Shown: piece after piece, positions 29,377 through 32,000 of the stretch
Layout of the letters: every line of letters starts with the position of its first letter
How positions within the stretch are numbered: the first letter of the stretch is position 1
Assembly (NCBI RefSeq): GCF_002015085.1
Contig: NZ_MUXW01000003.1
Location: forward strand, 99,181 to 131,180
Reading direction: 5' to 3'
Source of the DNA: Glaesserella parasuis
GTDB lineage: Bacteria; Pseudomonadota; Gammaproteobacteria; Enterobacterales; Pasteurellaceae
Length of the DNA stretch: 32,000 nucleotides
Program-made: the position numbers and the translations under genes
The notes under the pieces: model-generated
What the model was told of the DNA's origin: nothing
Seen by the model: the letters and a program-made list of their open reading frames with translations, nothing else
Database searches by the model: none

Positions 29377-30609
29377 ATGGATAATTTTATTTTCGGTATC
29401 GTGGTATTTACTGCCCTTGTATTAATGCTTGCAGTACTTATCCTTGTAGCTAAATCAAAATTAGTGGACTCAGGTGACATCACGATTTCTATCAATGATG
29501 ATCCAGAAAAAGCAATTACCTTGCCAGCTGGCGGTAAATTACTTGGTGCTTTAGCAAGTAAAGGTATCTTCGTTTCATCCGCGTGTGGCGGTGGTGGCTC
29601 TTGTGGTCAGTGTATCGTTAAAGTAAAAACCGGTGGTGGCGAGATTCTTCCAACTGAGCTTTCACACATCACAAAACGTGAAGCAAAAGAAGGTTATCGT
29701 CTAGCGTGTCAAGTTAATGTGAAAAGCAGTATGGAAGTGGAGCTTCCAGAAGAGATCTTTGGTGTGAAAAAATGGGAATGTACTGTTATCTCTAATGATA
29801 ACAAAGCAACCTTCATCAAAGAGCTTAAACTTCAAATTCCAGAAGGCGAAGAAGTACCATTCCGTGCAGGTGGCTATATTCAGATCGAAGCACCTGCTCA
29901 CACTGTGAGATATGAAGATTACAAAGCGTTAATCGACGAAGAATATCACGAAGACTGGAACAAATTTAACCTATGGCGTTATGTGTCTAAAGTGGACGAG
30001 CCAATTATCCGTGCGTACTCAATGGCTTCATATCCAGAAGAGAAAGGCATTATTATGCTTAACGTGCGTATTGCAACTCCGCCACCAAATAACCCAGATG
30101 TACCGCCAGGTCAAATGTCTTCATATATTTGGTCACTCAAACCAGGTGATAAAGTCACAATTTCTGGCCCATTTGGTGAGTTCTTCGCTAAAGATACTGA
30201 TGCAGAAATGGTCTTCATCGGTGGTGGTGCAGGTATGGCACCAATGCGCTCACACATTTTCGACCAGTTAAAACGTCTGAAATCTAAACGTAAAATGACC
30301 TTCTGGTATGGTGCTCGTTCTAAACGTGAAATGTTCTATGTAGAAGATTTCGACGGCTTACAAGCAGAGAACGACAACTTCAAATGGTATGTGGCACTTT
30401 CTGATCCACAACCAGGCGATAACTGGGATGGTTACACTGGCTTTATTCACAATGTGCTTTATGAAAACTACTTAAAAGATCACGAAGCACCAGAAGATTG
30501 TGAATACTATATGTGTGGTCCACCAATTATGAATGCTTCTGTGATCAAGATGTTAAAAGATCTTGGTGTAGAAGATGAAAACATCTTATTAGATGATTTC
30601 GGTGGCTAA
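29377..30609 (+). CDS. nqrF: Na+-NQR subunit F (2Fe-2S ferredoxin plus FAD/NADH domain)
   Basis: 410-aa ORF with an N-terminal TM helix, the ferredoxin cysteines [10 protein letters not shown]...C, the FAD motif RAYSMAS and the NADH motif GGGAGMAP. Confidence 0.94.
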   Translation: MDNFIFGIVVFTALVLMLAVLILVAKSKLVDSGDITISINDDPEKAITLPAGGKLLGALASKGIFVSSACGGGGSCGQCIVKVKTGGGEILPTELSHITKREAKEGYRLACQVNVKSSMEVELPEEIFGVKKWECTVISNDNKATFIKELKLQIPEGEEVPFRAGGYIQIEAPAHTVRYEDYKALIDEEYHEDWNKFNLWRYVSKVDEPIIRAYSMASYPEEKGIIMLNVRIATPPPNNPDVPPGQMSSYIWSLKPGDKVTISGPFGEFFAKDTDAEMVFIGGGAGMAPMRSHIFDQLKRLKSKRKMTFWYGARSKREMFYVEDFDGLQAENDNFKWYVALSDPQPGDNWDGYTGFIHNVLYENYLKDHEAPEDCEYYMCGPPIMNASVIKMLKDLGVEDENILLDDFGG

Positions 30610-30621
30610 TCAGCTATAATC

Positions 30622-30663
30622 AAGCGGTCGGATTTGCAAAAAAATATGCGGATCTGACCGCTT
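30622..30663 (+). terminator. Hairpin of inverted uptake-signal-like arms downstream of nqrF
   Basis: AAGCGGTCGGAT (30622-30633) pairs with ATCTGACCGCTT (30652-30663) at 11 of 12 bp. The loop contains TTTGCAAAAAAA, as in the hairpin at 4265-4308. There is no strong T tract after it. Confidence 0.5.
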
Positions 30664-30689
30664 AAGATTTATAGGAAAGTAACAAAAAG

Positions 30690-31118
30690 ATGGAAACATT
30701 AGATATTTCGGCACTTGAAAAAGCCTTTGTTTCTCTGCAAAAAACGATTACTCACTTAGATAATCAAGAATGGTTTAATGCTCAAGATCCAATTATCCAA
30801 GATACGCTTATTGCAGGAGCAATTCAAAAATTTGAGTTTGTCTATGAATTATCAATTAAAATGATGAAGCGTCAGCTGAAAAGTATTGCTTCCAATGATA
30901 CTGATATAGACAGCACAGAATTTAGAGATATTTTACGTCTATCGGCTCAATTTGGTTTAATTGAGAACCCTGAAGAATGGTTAGATTTTCGTAAAATGAG
31001 AAATATCACATCACATACTTATGATGAAAATAAGGCTATGCAAGTATATCTAGACATTAGTCATTTCCTAGTAAGCAGCCACTATCTTCTCTCTCAACTT
31101 CAAAAACGTAGCCAATGA
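30690..31118 (+). CDS. hepT: HEPN-domain protein, HI0074 family (nucleotidyltransferase substrate-binding protein); putative type VII toxin HepT
   Basis: 142-aa helical ORF containing RNITSHTY, which is the HEPN RX4H motif extended to RX4HXY. It is paired with a minimal nucleotidyltransferase gene by a 4-nt overlap. Confidence 0.8.
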   Translation: METLDISALEKAFVSLQKTITHLDNQEWFNAQDPIIQDTLIAGAIQKFEFVYELSIKMMKRQLKSIASNDTDIDSTEFRDILRLSAQFGLIENPEEWLDFRKMRNITSHTYDENKAMQVYLDISHFLVSSHYLLSQLQKRSQ

Positions 31119-31414
31119 TAGATTTAACCGAACAACAGTTACACCTTGTTCAAAGCATTCTAGCAACACATTTACCGAATATTCCCGTATGGGTATTTGG
31201 CTCAAGAATTAAAGGAACGGCAAAGCGATTTTCCGATCTTGACCTTGCATTGATTACCGATACCCCCTTAACAATTCACCAACAAGCTCAGCTTGAACTG
31301 GCTTTTTCAGACTCAGATTTGCCATTTAAAGTAGATTTAATTGACTGGGCAAGTTGTAGTGACAGCTTCAAACAAATTATTTTACAGAAGTATGAGGTTT
31401 TGCCTTGTCTTTAG
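31115..31414 (+). CDS. mntA: Minimal nucleotidyltransferase (MNT), HI0073 family; putative cognate antitoxin MntA
   Basis: 99-aa ORF with the GS-X10-DXD motif (FGSRIKGTAKRFSDLDLAL) and a downstream DL.D acidic residue. It resembles H. influenzae HI0073. Confidence 0.8.
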   Translation: MIDLTEQQLHLVQSILATHLPNIPVWVFGSRIKGTAKRFSDLDLALITDTPLTIHQQAQLELAFSDSDLPFKVDLIDWASCSDSFKQIILQKYEVLPCL

Positions 31415-32000
31415 CGATTATTCTGGTCTATAAAGAAAAATGGAAAAGCTGAAAATAGCATTAAAAGAAATGCAGTAATAGTCGCATCTTCAGTACGGTA
31501 ACTGCCTAATTGTTGGTAAAGCAAATAAGGTAAGGTGCTAAAGTCAGGGCTACCAAAAAAGGCAATCACGGAAAAATTGCCTAGACTTGCCGACATTGAT
31601 AGGGCAAAAGCATTGATAAGCGGTCGGATAAGATAATTTTTTTCCACAATCCACCAACGGCGAAGCCCCGTTAATCCCAAACTACGAGCCAACTTATCGT
31701 GAGAAACTAAGGCTTCCCACATTGCTGAAAACAACAAGCGATAGATATAAGGCAGTAACATCAAACCGTTACAAATTCCCACCAACAATAGTAGTTGCCA
31801 AGTGGTTAATTGCACATTGATCAGCAGTAAAAATAGCCCAACGGCTAACATAAATATCGGCAAAATCAGGGGATAAGTACTCACACCTGCGAGAATGCTT
31901 TGCTTGATTTTCTGTTTATGATAAGCAAGCTGGCGAGTTTCAAGGGCGAGTAGATAAGCAATGCCGATCACAAAGCAAGATGCGATAAGACTTAATAACA
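31411..32000 (-). CDS. thiP: Thiamine ABC transporter permease ThiP, C-terminal part. The ORF continues beyond the right edge.
   Basis: Polytopic ORF with ARSLGLTG..R....E, FGSPDFSTLPYLLYQQLGSYR and other ThiP-like sequence. The reading frame is open to position 32000. Confidence 0.75.
   Translation of the reverse strand, partial: LLSLIASCFVIGIAYLLALETRQLAYHKQKIKQSILAGVSTYPLILPIFMLAVGLFLLLINVQLTTWQLLLLVGICNGLMLLPYIYRLLFSAMWEALVSHDKLARSLGLTGLRRWWIVEKNYLIRPLINAFALSMSASLGNFSVIAFFGSPDFSTLPYLLYQQLGSYRTEDATITAFLLMLFSAFPFFFIDQNNR

Overview
This window looks like ordinary chromosome from a Pasteurellaceae-type gammaproteobacterium. That assignment is an inference from gene content and order, and from at least 8 perfect copies of the Apl-type uptake signal core ACAAGCGGT. 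No Hin-type AAGTGCGGT was seen by eye. Most of the window is housekeeping. Left to right: trmO (partial), menA, ycaR-lpxK, a truncated IS5-family element, a hutX-hutZ pair with a candidate Fur box, and a damaged glpF-glpK operon. Then come the enterobacterial common antigen (ECA) genes wecF-wzyE-wecG, mrcB (PBP1B), artPIQM, uvrD and rpsF-priB-rpsR-rplI. These are followed by an MHS-family MFS transporter, hinT-ycfL-thiK, two more defective IS elements (an IS1016/IS1595-like stub and an internally deleted ISAs1-family copy), nfuA and nqrABCDEF. The window ends with a HEPN/MNT (HI0074/HI0073-type, type VII) toxin-antitoxin pair and the 3' half of thiP. I saw no rRNA, tRNA or CRISPR array. I did not find convincing evidence for a wholly new multi-gene system. 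The most system-like accessory element is the HEPN/MNT pair, which sits between nqrF and thiP where apbE/nqrM and thiQ would normally be. The most unusual sequence-level observation is multi-lesion decay of glpFK behind an apparently intact CRP/GlpR control region. Other items worth checking: tandem ARG boxes plus a LexA-like box in the artP/uvrD divergent region, an rpsF leader structure, a 53-codon ycaR missing from the ORF track, and a 16-nt sequence shared by two IS-end-like remnants. All functional calls rest on my reading of the translations against remembered family motifs. No database search was run.
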